Part shown: one piece after another, positions 28,253 to 37,170 of the stretch
Numbering within the stretch: the first letter of the stretch is position 1
How the letters are laid out: each line of letters begins with the position of its first letter
From: a virus
Taxonomy: Duplodnaviria; Caudoviricetes
Reading direction: 5' to 3' (one strand)
IMG/VR virus record: IMGVR_UViG_3300033475_001142
Location: 1-42,053 of that record
Length of the DNA: 42,053 bases
Translations under genes and position numbers: made by a program
The notes under the pieces: model-generated
Seen by the model: the letters and a program-made list of their open reading frames with translations, nothing else
The model's database searches: none
What the model was told of the DNA's origin: nothing

Positions 28253-28504
28253 GTGGCCGGGCGGCCGTCACACGAATGGATGCTGCGCGCGTGTTTCGCG
28301 CTGTTCGGCGCCATCGTGCTGCTGCAGGCGCTGTGGGTCAGCATCGCGGCTATCGGGTGCGTCGTGCTGATCTTCCGCGGTAGCGTTGTGGTCGGGGAAT
28401 GCGCCGATGTCTCGTCCCGCGCGCGCGAGGTGTTCGCTGAGATGCTGGCCGGTATCCTGGCGCTACTGCTGGCGGGAAGGCCGCCGCCGGGTGAGGAAAA
28501 ATAA
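28253..28504 (+). CDS. Small membrane protein, possible holin
   Basis: Hydrophobic segments and a charged C-terminus; last gene of the rightward block; start uncertain. Confidence 0.45.
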   Translation: MAGRPSHEWMLRACFALFGAIVLLQALWVSIAAIGCVVLIFRGSVVVGECADVSSRAREVFAEMLAGILALLLAGRPPPGEEK

Positions 28505-28572
28505 GGGCCGGGTTTGGTTACACATCGGGGGGATGCGCCCCGGCCCAAGTTGCTTGTCTTCCGCCGCGCAGC

Positions 28573-29505
28573 TTATGCCGGCACCGTTTCCGGGTCCAGC
28601 GCGCTCTCGTCCTCGTCCTCATTCGGGAACCGGGCATAGTTCTCGGCCAGCAGCGAGGCGATCTCCGCCTTGACCCACTCCGGCCCGGTGGCAACCGCCT
28701 CGCTGACGGTGCTGCGCCCGCCGATCTCCACCACCTCGCTGCGATGGTACACGGCGCCCAGCGCCTCCCGCAGCTTGTCGAGCCAGACGCGCCACTGTTC
28801 GTCCGTACGCTCGCGCTTGGCGGCCCTGGCCTTTGCCGCAACGGCGGCAGCTTCCGCCGCTTCCCAGCGATCCGCGTCCTCGCCTTCGGCGCTGCGCCAC
28901 GGCTTCTCGGTGACACGCGGCGCACGCGGCATCGGCGCAGCGGCAGCACGCAGCGGCACCTCGTCGTTGATCGCCTGGCGCTCAGGCGATGCCTCCAGCG
29001 TCGGGCCGTTGTGCTCGTCCTTGGCCGGGATGTCGGCCTGCTCCTCCGGCACGTACATGCCTGACGTGGCCAGCGGCCAGAGCGTGCGGACGCCCTCCGA
29101 CACCACACGGCTGCGCAGCATCTGGCGCGGGAATTTGGCGTACATGTCTTTCTTGCCAAACGCCGTCTGCGCCCGCTTCATGTCCCAGTCGATCCGCACT
29201 TCGCCGGTCTGCGGGTGTGTGAATGTCGCATCAGCGAGTTCGTCGGTCAGGCTGTGCCATTTCACCGTGCCGCCGGCCTTGATGAAATCGCGCAGCATCG
29301 CCTCCGCTTTCTTGGCCGGGCGGTTGTTGATGATGTCGTAATCGCGCGCGGCCTCGACGGCGTGCCGGCCCTCGGCCTGGGCAATGGCCATCAGCACCAG
29401 GGCCTGCTCAGGCGTGCGGATACCGAACAGCCCGCTCTTGGCGATGGCGACGGCGAGCGTCTGCATATCCTGCAGCGGCATCGCGGTGGGCACGAGTGCG
29501 TTCAT
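28573..29505 (-). CDS. RecT-like single-strand annealing recombinase
   Basis: LA..IAKSGLFG..TPEQA...II..RP, Y.KFPRQML..R, GMY.PEE; acidic tail. Confidence 0.75.
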   Translation of the reverse strand: MNALVPTAMPLQDMQTLAVAIAKSGLFGIRTPEQALVLMAIAQAEGRHAVEAARDYDIINNRPAKKAEAMLRDFIKAGGTVKWHSLTDELADATFTHPQTGEVRIDWDMKRAQTAFGKKDMYAKFPRQMLRSRVVSEGVRTLWPLATSGMYVPEEQADIPAKDEHNGPTLEASPERQAINDEVPLRAAAAPMPRAPRVTEKPWRSAEGEDADRWEAAEAAAVAAKARAAKRERTDEQWRVWLDKLREALGAVYHRSEVVEIGGRSTVSEAVATGPEWVKAEIASLLAENYARFPNEDEDESALDPETVPA

Positions 29506-29831
29506 TGTGAGGCGCTTTCTGTGGCTTTGCGGAACTGCCGCGCTGGCACGACCTCACCGTCCTCGGTGATGCCCGACAGCACGACGCTGGTGATCTCGGT
29601 CGGGAAGGTGTACTGCTCGGCGATGTCCGGGTGGTTGGCGCGCAGCTCCTTCCAGTCGGTGCGCTCCTGCTGCACCGTCTTCACCTCGGCGATCCAGGAG
29701 GCGCCGGTGCGTGTGTCGGGGTCCGAGAGCAGGATGCCGCGGATCGCCGCCTCGCGTTCCTCCAGCCGTTTGATGTCGGCGCGGATCTGCGCCAACTCAT
29801 CTGGCAGCGGGAGGTTGGGCCGGTCGCTCAC
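29502..29831 (-). CDS. Hypothetical early protein
   Basis: DELAQIRADIKRLEERE coiled coil; coupled to neighbours. Confidence 0.75.
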   Translation of the reverse strand: MSDRPNLPLPDELAQIRADIKRLEEREAAIRGILLSDPDTRTGASWIAEVKTVQQERTDWKELRANHPDIAEQYTFPTEITSVVLSGITEDGEVVPARQFRKATESASQ

Positions 29832-30067
29832 GCCGCGCCCTCCAGCTCGGGCTGTGGCGCCGGCTCAGGCGCCTCTGGGGGCGTCTCCACGAGCCGTGGC
29901 GCCCGCTGGCGGCGCACCCGTGGCTTGCCGGTCAGCGCCGCCACAACCTCGCGGGTGGCCTCCAGGCGGGTCTGCAGGATCGTCATCTCGATCTCCAGCG
30001 CCCGCTCGTCGGCCCTGGCGCGTTCCAGCAGGGCGGCGGCGTTGGTGAGCAGATCGGCGTTTTCCAT
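29828..30067 (-). CDS. Hypothetical coiled-coil protein (start 30067)
   Basis: GGAGG RBS; TGATG coupling. Confidence 0.65.
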   Translation of the reverse strand: MENADLLTNAAALLERARADERALEIEMTILQTRLEATREVVAALTGKPRVRRQRAPRLVETPPEAPEPAPQPELEGAA

Positions 30068-30426
30068 CACGCGTCCTCCCTCAGATCCACACTGTCGTAT
30101 GGCTCGGTGGCCTCGTCGCAGCAGGGGCAGAAGCTCGCGCAATCGAAGGCGCCGTATTCGTCCCACTCCGTCTCGCACGGATCGCAAAAATAGTGGTTGT
30201 GCCAGGCGGAATTGGTTGCATCCGCAGCATTATCGGTAACCAAATGACTATTTGGTGCGGCTGCATTTCCCGCATCGGGAAGCACGCGGCCACTTTCCGC
30301 GTAGCACGATTGTGGCAGACGGATTACCGTCGCGGCGGGCGCGACTATCCCGCCACCTGAGCGTTCCGCTACCGAACGCCCTCGCCGGTCCCGTCGATAA
30401 TCAGCAAGGGGAACACTATGTCGCAC
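30067..30426 (-). CDS. Protein with a C-terminal zinc ribbon (start 30426 or 30285)
   Basis: NHYFCDPC..EW......CPCC...EPY.S; GGAGG 7 nt before the GTG at 30426. Confidence 0.6.
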   Translation of the reverse strand: MRHSVPLADYRRDRRGRSVAERSGGGIVAPAATVIRLPQSCYAESGRVLPDAGNAAAPNSHLVTDNAADATNSAWHNHYFCDPCETEWDEYGAFDCASFCPCCDEATEPYDSVDLREDA

Positions 30427-30450
30427 GTCATGACCTCCAGATCCGGAGGC

Positions 30451-30492
30451 ATTATAGCAGCTAATTTGTCATGTGCGACAGAAAAGTTGTCT
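30451..30492 (-). promoter_or_regulatory. PL-like promoter with two putative operators
   Basis: Extended -10 TGcTATAAT (30451-30459); operator-like sites at 30455-30471 and 30476-30492. Confidence 0.7.
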
Positions 30493-30511
30493 GATGGGGA
30501 ATGTTGTTACG

Positions 30512-30889
30512 TCAGGCGGCGCGTGCCTCCGATCTCCGCGCGCCCTTCGCCTGTGCCTTCTTCCGCTCCGATTCGTCCTCCGGTCCGACCTCCGGCAATT
30601 CCAGTTTCTGCCTGAATGCCTCTACAAAAATCGCCAGTTCGCGGGCTAGCTGCCCCGGCACCAGCCGGTCATTGTTGAAGTACACCCACTCCAGGGTGAT
30701 GCCGGGTAAAAGCTTCTGGAGTGCGTAGACCGTCTCGTAGCGGGGCAGCACGTAGCCGTTGACTGAGTTGGACAGGCGCTCGCGTCGCATGCCCAGTTCC
30801 GCCGCCGCGTTCTCTACTGACAAGCCTAGCTTTCGCAGGATCGCGCGCATGCGCAATCCAACCTCTTTTGGGTTGGGCTTTTCCATCAT
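30512..30889 (-). CDS. CI-like XRE HTH repressor (no S24 peptidase domain seen)
   Basis: VGLRMR..L..LGLS....A.ELG....LSN..NG..LP; divergent from the cro-like gene. Confidence 0.8.
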   Translation of the reverse strand: MMEKPNPKEVGLRMRAILRKLGLSVENAAAELGMRRERLSNSVNGYVLPRYETVYALQKLLPGITLEWVYFNNDRLVPGQLARELAIFVEAFRQKLELPEVGPEDESERKKAQAKGARRSEARAA

Positions 30890-30947
30890 GTTTGTCACCA
30901 CCGATTACCAGCACCGCTTCGCCACGCGGCCTCCGAGTATTGCACGC

Positions 30948-31015
30948 CGACAGATTATCTGTCGCCGCCCGTCTTGGCCATCATCTTGCCGGCAAATCTC
31001 TTGTCGGGCTAGTAT
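30948..31015. promoter_or_regulatory. OR-like operators and PR-like promoter
   Basis: Perfect palindrome CGACAGAT-T-ATCTGTCG (30948-30964); variant at 30990-31006; TTGCCG-N18-TAGTAT. Confidence 0.7.
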
Positions 31016-31024
31016 GTCACGACA

Positions 31025-31246
31025 ATGACGACGGCCAAGCTGTTCCGGCTGTTTGGGGGACGGGAGATCGTGATGGCTGTGACGGGGGCCACCCGGCAGG
31101 CAGCGAACCACTGGATGCACAACGGGGTGCCTTACCGGCACTGGCCGGCGATCCGCGCTGCGGCGGCTGACGCTGGCATTCCGGGCATTACTGACGCGGT
31201 GCTGGCCTCCACGCGGCCGCGGTCACGCCGGAAGGCCCCTGAATGA
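31025..31246 (+). CDS. Cro-like regulator
   Basis: FGG...V...TGATRQAANHW..NGVP; divergent from the repressor. Confidence 0.8.
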   Translation: MTTAKLFRLFGGREIVMAVTGATRQAANHWMHNGVPYRHWPAIRAAAADAGIPGITDAVLASTRPRSRRKAPE

Positions 31247-31731
31247 GCGTCCACAACCCGGGCCGGCAGCCGCATGCGTGGGGCGAGGCCGCCACGGCGC
31301 AGTTGCGCCAGCGGTGGTCGGACGGCGCGGTGACCGCGCTGATCGGCGCCGAGCTGGGCGTCAGCAAATCGGCGGTGGTCGGCAAGGCGCGCCGGCTGGG
31401 CCTGGCGCCGCGGCCCTCGCCGATCCACGCCGCCGGCCAGCCTCCGGTGGTGCGCCCCCGCAAGCGCCCGACGTTGCCGGCCCTGGCCGCACCCGCGCCA
31501 GAACCACCACAAGAGCCGGCGCCGCCGCCTGTGGTGGTTGCGCCGCCACCGCCGCCCGAGCCTGTGGCGCCACGAGGCTGCCAGTATCCGCGCGGGTCCA
31601 AGCCGCACTGGAACTGGTGCAACGCGGCGGTCGTCGGCAGCGGGCCGTACTGCCGCGAGCATCGGGCGGTCTGTTACCTGCGGCCCGGCACCCGCGCCTG
31701 GATGCAGGAACGCGCTGAGGAGGCGGCATGA
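31243..31731 (+). CDS. gcrA: GcrA-family cell-cycle regulator homologue
   Basis: W....L...W..G.....I...LGVSKSAVVGKARRLGL; C-terminal CQYP...C......PYC.EH. Confidence 0.88.
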   Translation: MSVHNPGRQPHAWGEAATAQLRQRWSDGAVTALIGAELGVSKSAVVGKARRLGLAPRPSPIHAAGQPPVVRPRKRPTLPALAAPAPEPPQEPAPPPVVVAPPPPPEPVAPRGCQYPRGSKPHWNWCNAAVVGSGPYCREHRAVCYLRPGTRAWMQERAEEAA

Positions 31732-31994
31732 ACAGCGACCGGCCCATGCGGGTGAGCGGCAGCATCGGCAACGGCGTGCTGGCGGAATCGCGGACGCTGG
31801 ACTGTCCGATCTGTGGGCGCGAGATGGGCATTCCGGGCCATCGGCCGCAGCAGCCCTGGACGCCGCAGCAGGTGGCGATGATCCGCAAGATGTGGGCTAT
31901 CGGGCTGCAGCATAAGCAGATTGCGTGGCTGTTCGGCCCGCGGGTGACGGCGCGGGCGATTGGTTCGCTGCTGCGCTCGGGTGTGGCGTCATGA
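31728..31994 (+). CDS. Small protein with CxxC and a GcrA-N-like HTH
   Basis: WTPQQVAMIRKMW..GL....IA..FG..VT.RAIG. Confidence 0.6.
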   Translation: MNSDRPMRVSGSIGNGVLAESRTLDCPICGREMGIPGHRPQQPWTPQQVAMIRKMWAIGLQHKQIAWLFGPRVTARAIGSLLRSGVAS

Positions 31995-32164
31995 CCGTGA
32001 TCGACCGCACCGCCATCCTGCGGCGTCAGGCGCGACGTGAGGCGGCGGTCGTGCTGGCTGCCGCGGGCTGGGATCTGGATCGCATCGCGCTGGCGTTCGG
32101 TATCGCGCTGGGCCGTGCGCAGGAGCTGCTGCCGGCAAAGGATCAGCCGGAGAAAGCCGCATGA
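31991..32164 (+). CDS. Small HTH-like protein
   Basis: ATGA coupling; GWDLDRIALAFGI. Confidence 0.55.
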   Translation: MTVIDRTAILRRQARREAAVVLAAAGWDLDRIALAFGIALGRAQELLPAKDQPEKAA

Positions 32165-32568
32165 GTTACCGCCTCACCGCGCCGGTTGAGCCTGAGCACG
32201 GCATCCAGCGCCGGATCGCCGGCGTGCTGCGCATCGAGATCGGTGCTGAGGCCAAGATCAGCGAGCACGGCGTGACCTGGTTCTGCATCGACCACGCGAA
32301 CCACCACGGCGAGGTGCCAGGCATCCGGGTCGGCCGCGGCATTCCGCCGGGCATATTCGACATGTTGGTGCTGTATCAAGGTAGGGCGTTCTGGATCGAG
32401 CTGAAGAGCCGCAACGGCACGGTGTCCGATCCGCAGCGGTCGATGGCGGCGACGCTGTTGCTGTCGGGCTGCCGCATCGGCATCGCGCGCGATGAGGACG
32501 AGGTGCTGAACTGCCTCGATGAATGGCAGATCCCGCGCAAGCGCCGGGTCAGGAAGGCTGCGGCATGA
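32161..32568 (+). CDS. VRR-NUC (PD-(D/E)xK) nuclease
   Basis: EHGIQ, GI.PGI.D, WIELKS..G..S..Q. Confidence 0.85.
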   Translation: MSYRLTAPVEPEHGIQRRIAGVLRIEIGAEAKISEHGVTWFCIDHANHHGEVPGIRVGRGIPPGIFDMLVLYQGRAFWIELKSRNGTVSDPQRSMAATLLLSGCRIGIARDEDEVLNCLDEWQIPRKRRVRKAAA

Positions 32569-32768
32569 GCGACGACGAGCCTGCTTACACCGGCCGTCTG
32601 CTGCCGGCCGGCAACGATAAGGTCGAACTGTGGCTCACCGACAGGCTCGGCGTGGTGATCCGCGTGGTCGGACACCGGGACCGTGCGGGCGGTGGCTATC
32701 TGCTGAAGAGCACAGCGGTCGAGACGCCCGGCTATCTGCGTCTGCCGCTGGTGGATGAGGAGGCGTGA
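32565..32768 (+). CDS. Hypothetical protein
   Basis: ATGA coupling at 32565. Confidence 0.6.
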   Translation: MSDDEPAYTGRLLPAGNDKVELWLTDRLGVVIRVVGHRDRAGGGYLLKSTAVETPGYLRLPLVDEEA

Positions 32769-33601
32769 TGGATTGGCTCGACCTCAATGCTCTGACCCTC
32801 GACGTGGAACTACAGCCGCGTGCGGCAATCGACCGCAGCGTATTGGAAAACTATGTGCAGTTGCTGGTTGATGGCGTGCGGTTCCCGCCAGTGGTGGTGT
32901 TCCGTGAAGACAACGTGCTGTGGCTGGCTGACGGCTTCCATCGCTGGCACGCGCACAAGGTCATCGACGCCGACACCATCAATGCGACGATCCATGACGG
33001 GACGCGGCGCGATGCACTGCTGTATTCGTTGTCGGCCAATGCGAAGCACGGCCTGCAGCGTGGGGCGACTGATTATACGCGGGCGTATGAGATCGCGTGC
33101 CGCAATGGGCTGGTAGACCCCGCGGATAGCGAGGCCGTGGCGGCATTGCTTCAATGCTCCGGCTCGTGGGCGGAGAAACTGACGGCTGAAGTGCGCAGGG
33201 CAGCGAAGGTCAAGCGCGACGCTGAGATCATCCAGCTCAAAAGCGAGGGGAAGAGCAACCGAGAGGTGTCGCGTGAGACTGGATGGTCAGAGGGCACCGT
33301 CCGAAACGTCAGTGCGCAAAAAGAGCACAGTGCTGAAATTACGCAGAGCACATCTCCCCTCCTGACCGACCGGGCGAAGGACAAGTTGCGGGAGTTGGAA
33401 AGCCCCGAGGCGCAAGCGTGGTCATCGGTACTGCGCGCACTGCGGCACATCAACGAGCAGATGCCGGTGGATGAACTCTACGAACTGCGGTTCGTCGGGT
33501 TTGACCATGTGGTCGCGGTTGAGTTGGAGAAGTCCCACCGCTGGATCAGCGAATTACATGGGAGATTCGTCAATGAGCGGGATCAACGGAGACGTGCGTG
33601 A
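32765..33601 (+). CDS. ParB/Srx N-terminal domain protein with HTH
   Basis: LQPR, FPPVVVF, LADGFHR and NAKHG motifs; SNREVSRETGWSEGTVRN HTH. Confidence 0.85.
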   Translation: MMDWLDLNALTLDVELQPRAAIDRSVLENYVQLLVDGVRFPPVVVFREDNVLWLADGFHRWHAHKVIDADTINATIHDGTRRDALLYSLSANAKHGLQRGATDYTRAYEIACRNGLVDPADSEAVAALLQCSGSWAEKLTAEVRRAAKVKRDAEIIQLKSEGKSNREVSRETGWSEGTVRNVSAQKEHSAEITQSTSPLLTDRAKDKLRELESPEAQAWSSVLRALRHINEQMPVDELYELRFVGFDHVVAVELEKSHRWISELHGRFVNERDQRRRA

Positions 33602-34100
33602 TATAGTCAACGAACTCGATGCCGACGGATCTGGATATCAGACCAGAGAGGCTGCCAATCTGCTGGTGTCCCGTTACGTTGATGCTGGCATCTGCGACGA
33701 CTGGGGCGATCCCAAGCCAAAGGTGCGTACCCTGATGCGGATGGGCGCGAGCGTCGCGTTCAAGAACTACAAATCAGACGGCAAGGCCGAGGAACGCAAG
33801 CACGAGCGAGCCTTTTCATTTGCTGGCGGCGAGCAGCGCGACTTTGCCGAGGACCATGACGATTTCGGCTTTGAGTGGCTGCGTGTTTATGCGGCCTGGG
33901 ACGAGGGTGAGACAGCAGAGCGCAAGATGCTGGTGCGAATGACGTTGTACGAGGTGCTCGATGTCATTGCACTGAAGCGCAAGAAGGCGGCAGAGGCAAC
34001 GGCGGTTGCCAATCTGTTGCAAGACATCATCGACGAGCATCCAGGCTGGTACGACCATCCCGAACTGACGGTTGCCGACATCCTGGACATCCGAGAATGA
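33573..34100 (+). CDS. Hypothetical protein
   Basis: GGAG RBS; overlaps the ParB-like gene. Confidence 0.7.
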   Translation: MSGINGDVRDIVNELDADGSGYQTREAANLLVSRYVDAGICDDWGDPKPKVRTLMRMGASVAFKNYKSDGKAEERKHERAFSFAGGEQRDFAEDHDDFGFEWLRVYAAWDEGETAERKMLVRMTLYEVLDVIALKRKKAAEATAVANLLQDIIDEHPGWYDHPELTVADILDIRE

Positions 34101-34357
34101 ACCAGAAAGAGGCGCGTGCGAACGGGCTGCCTTTTGGTGCTGCCAATGCTCAGAAGGTGCTGAAGCGTATTCGGGAGCATGTGCTGTGGGCAAACGTGCC
34201 GCTGGACGACTGGCGGCAGTTCAATGAAGCGCTGCTGATTCTGGAGCCGTTGGCTGAGAAGTACCAAGCGCTGTGGGATGAGCGTTGTGCGGAGGTTGAG
34301 GAGCGCAACCGGCGCCGCCGCGAGGAATGGCTGGCGCGGCAGGAGCGCGCGCCATGA
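34097..34357 (+). CDS. Hypothetical protein
   Basis: ATGA coupling on both sides. Confidence 0.65.
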   Translation: MNQKEARANGLPFGAANAQKVLKRIREHVLWANVPLDDWRQFNEALLILEPLAEKYQALWDERCAEVEERNRRRREEWLARQERAP

Positions 34358-34818
34358 CCGTTGCACGGACTCGTTTCACGACGCAGAATAGAGAACGGCC
34401 CGCACGGTCAAGGTGCGAGCCGCTCTATTGGTTACACAATCGGCTCCGAGGTGCAGAACCGCTGGCGCATTCGACAACGCCAGTAAATCGCACCTCAGGC
34501 CGCAACGCAAGAGGTGTGTCTGTGACTATCCGGGAAATCCAGTTCCTCATCTGCTCCAACCAGGGCGTCACGCGCCTGGACCTGCTCTCGCGCCGCCGGG
34601 GCAAGGCAGCGGCCCGTCAGCGTCAGCTCGGCATGTGGCTCGCCCGACACCTGACGCCGGCCAGCCTCACCGAGATCGGCATGGCGTTCGGCGGCCGGGA
34701 CCACACCACAGTCGGGCACGCGATCTGGCGGATCGAGCAGGAAATCGCCGGCGGCAGCGCGCTGGGGCAACGCGCTCTGCGGCTCAGAACAACGCTCGAA
34801 CAGGGGGGAGCGGCATGA
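34354..34818 (+). CDS. DnaA C-terminal (domain IV) HTH protein (start may be 34522)
   Basis: RQLGMWLARHLT.ASL.EIG.AFGGRDHTTV.HA. Confidence 0.85.
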   Translation: MTVARTRFTTQNRERPARSRCEPLYWLHNRLRGAEPLAHSTTPVNRTSGRNARGVSVTIREIQFLICSNQGVTRLDLLSRRRGKAAARQRQLGMWLARHLTPASLTEIGMAFGGRDHTTVGHAIWRIEQEIAGGSALGQRALRLRTTLEQGGAA

Positions 34819-35789
34819 GCAACTGCAACGGGCATAGCTGGTCCAAGTTCTGGTGGCGGGACTGGCAGAACGACCCGAAGCTCCGAAGCTGCAGCATGGG
34901 AGCGCAGGGCTACTGGATGCGCCTCCTGTGCCTGGCCCACGAGGCCGAGCCGGTTGGCTACGTCACCATCAACGGCAAAATTCCCACCGACAAGCAGCTC
35001 GTAGGCAATACCGGTGCCACGCTGAAGGAGGTCAAGGCATACAACCAGGAGCTTGTGGATAACGGCGTCTGCAGCGTGACCGAGGACGGCATCATGTACT
35101 CGCGCCGAATGGTCAAGGATGCTGCCGCATCAGCGGCTGGACGCGAATGGGGCCGCGCAGGCGGCAACCCCAATCTCAAGCCCAACGGAACCACCTCCCC
35201 TCGACAAGAGGGGTTAACCCCCCCCTTAACCCCCCCGGTTAAGGGACCCGGTTATCCGGTAGGGTTAACCCCACCCTTAACGCCCCCCGTTTACCCCCAG
35301 AAGCTAGAACCAAGAGTCTCAGAAGAACAAGATAAGGAAGAAAGAAAGATTTTAATTAAAAAACCTTACTTTGGAGAAGAAATGCGCGCGCGAGCCGAGG
35401 AACGGGAGGAAATTCCTCGCAGCAGCTTCGACGATGAGCTGGACCGGCTGCGCGAAACGCCGCTGCCGGAGGCCGGTGACGACGAGCCGGAAACCTTCGC
35501 CCGACAGCCCGATGAGCCTCTGCCGGAGCCGTTCCAGGTTCACGTCCGACGCGCCGCCAAGGCCGCCACCATGCGCATCCCCTACGGCGAAACCCGCTCC
35601 GTCGAGGCGCAGCTCGAAGCCCTCAAGGCACAACCACAGGCTGTGGGGGCGGATCAGACGATGGGCCTCCGATGGCAGCCCGCCGCGCCCGTCAGGAGCA
35701 TCGAGGAAATGCGCGCCGCCGCCCTCGCCGGCTGCACCCAAGAGCAGATCGCCCGCGCCGAGCGCTACGCCAGGCGGGCCGCCGCATGA
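34815..35789 (+). CDS. Phage replication initiator (lambda O-like position; true start 34815)
   Basis: WSKF.W.DW..DP.L..CS..A.G.WM.LLC...YSRRM; internal iterons. Confidence 0.75.
   Translation: MSNCNGHSWSKFWWRDWQNDPKLRSCSMGAQGYWMRLLCLAHEAEPVGYVTINGKIPTDKQLVGNTGATLKEVKAYNQELVDNGVCSVTEDGIMYSRRMVKDAAASAAGREWGRAGGNPNLKPNGTTSPRQEGLTPPLTPPVKGPGYPVGLTPPLTPPVYPQKLEPRVSEEQDKEERKILIKKPYFGEEMRARAEEREEIPRSSFDDELDRLRETPLPEAGDDEPETFARQPDEPLPEPFQVHVRRAAKAATMRIPYGETRSVEAQLEALKAQPQAVGADQTMGLRWQPAAPVRSIEEMRAAALAGCTQEQIARAERYARRAAA
35210..35380. repeat. Putative replication origin: iterons followed by an A-rich tract
   Basis: GGGTTAACCCC(C/A)CCCTTAAC twice, plus further TTAA/C-run units, then an A/T-rich stretch inside the initiator gene. 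Confidence 0.7.
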
Positions 35790-36058
35790 TGCCCGACGAC
35801 GCCCGCACCGCCCGCCGCCTCGGACTCCGCTTCGAGCGCCGCCTCTGCACCGCCATCGAGCAGTCCAACATCCACCCCAACTTCGCCCTCGCCATCATGG
35901 CAACCGTGCTCGGCGAACTGCTCAACAGCATGCCAGAAGCCGAACGCACCGAATGCGTCGAAGCCATCTGCCAGATCATCCGCACCCACGGCCTCCACGG
36001 CTTCGACGCCGCATCCGAACTCGCAGCCGCAAAACTCCGGCCACACCTCGATGCTTGA
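35786..36058 (+). CDS. Hypothetical protein
   Basis: ATGA coupling to the initiator. Confidence 0.65.
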   Translation: MMPDDARTARRLGLRFERRLCTAIEQSNIHPNFALAIMATVLGELLNSMPEAERTECVEAICQIIRTHGLHGFDAASELAAAKLRPHLDA

Positions 36059-36629
36059 CGTCCAACCACACAGCCGGTTAGATGCCGGTCAACGGGATGT
36101 CATCCACCGTTCGGATGTAAGCCCTGCGGCAGCCGTCCAGGGCTGGGCCGTCTTCACCACACACCCCAATACCGAAGACCAGGCAGAAAACCACCTCACC
36201 CAACAAGGCTTCGAGGCATACTGCCCTCGCTACACATGCCGCCGCCGCATCGGCACCACTCTCCAGCCCGTCGCCCGACCGCTCTTCCCGCGCTACGCCT
36301 TCGTCTGGCTCAGCAACACCCCATGGCACAGCATCCTCTACACCACCGGCGTCTCCGATCTACTGCGCTCCCCCCAAGGCAAACCATACATAGCCCCAGA
36401 AGCCGCTGTGAGCGCGCTACAGGCCACCGAGGCCCTTCGCCGCACACTCCCCCCCGGCAAGCCGCTCTGGCGCCTGGGAGACGCCTGCACGCTCGCTGGC
36501 GGGCCATTCGCCGGACACCCCGCTGTAATCAGCGAGATCGGAAAGCACACAGCCCTCGTCGCCATGATGCTCTTCGGACAACTCCGGAATATGGCTGTGC
36601 CGCTGGATAATCTCGTTGCGCGAGATTGA
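36051..36629 (+). CDS. NusG/RfaH-family transcription antiterminator (Q-equivalent position)
   Basis: W.V..T.P..E..A..HL..QGFEAY.P, PLFPRYAFV, KOW motif GD....GGPFAG. Confidence 0.88.
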   Translation: MLDVQPHSRLDAGQRDVIHRSDVSPAAAVQGWAVFTTHPNTEDQAENHLTQQGFEAYCPRYTCRRRIGTTLQPVARPLFPRYAFVWLSNTPWHSILYTTGVSDLLRSPQGKPYIAPEAAVSALQATEALRRTLPPGKPLWRLGDACTLAGGPFAGHPAVISEIGKHTALVAMMLFGQLRNMAVPLDNLVARD

Positions 36630-36656
36630 GCCAACTAAGCTAGTGGAACTCTAGTC

Positions 36657-37031
36657 GTGGGCGAGTTTCGGCCCTCAAGGCCAGGCGAAAGACGCGGTGG
36701 AAGGCAGAAAGGAACGCCTAACAAGGTCGATGGGGACATCAAGCACATGGTCCTCGCTGCCTTGGCTGGCGTCGGAGGCGAGCAATACCTGATGCGTCAG
36801 GCTGACGAGAACCCAACCGCCTTCCTGACACTCGTCGGTAAGGTGCTGCCGCTGCAGATCACCGGCGATCCCGACAGGCCCGTCAGCATCGAGTTCACCT
36901 GGGCACCAGCAACACCTGCGCCGGCTGTTTCACATGAAACTAACGACACGCCGCCGGTGATCGACGCAACGCCAGAGCCGAGCGACAACACCGAGTTCGT
37001 GTGGGGTAAGAGCAGCGATGACGCAGCGTAG
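36657..37031 (+). CDS. terS: Terminase small subunit
   Basis: GGRQKGTPNKV...GG..YL...A.ENP.AFLTL.GKVLPLQ; follows the antiterminator. Confidence 0.78.
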   Translation: MGEFRPSRPGERRGGRQKGTPNKVDGDIKHMVLAALAGVGGEQYLMRQADENPTAFLTLVGKVLPLQITGDPDRPVSIEFTWAPATPAPAVSHETNDTPPVIDATPEPSDNTEFVWGKSSDDAA

Positions 37032-37079
37032 CTACACTCGTCCATACCGTAGCTACGTGCGCCACTACACATCGGACGG

Positions 37080-37169
37080 GTGCTGATTGCGCTGCTTGGT
37101 ATATACGGCGCCGTCTGCATCGCCGGCTATTGCGCGCTGATCCTCGGCGCTCGCTGCGATAACTGCTGA
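37080..37169 (+). CDS. Possible 29-aa membrane peptide
   Basis: VLIALLGIYGAVCIAGYCALILGARCDNC*; weak RBS. Confidence 0.3.
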   Translation: MLIALLGIYGAVCIAGYCALILGARCDNC

Positions 37170-37170
37170 T

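Noticed and set aside
28505-28546. Intrinsic terminator between the convergent late and early blocks
   Set aside because: The 8-bp stem has a 26-nt loop and no clear U-tract on either strand; too weak to call.
35214-35280. CtrA boxes (TTAA-N7-TTAA) in the origin
   Set aside because: The spacings are N8 and N9, not N7; iterons explain them better.
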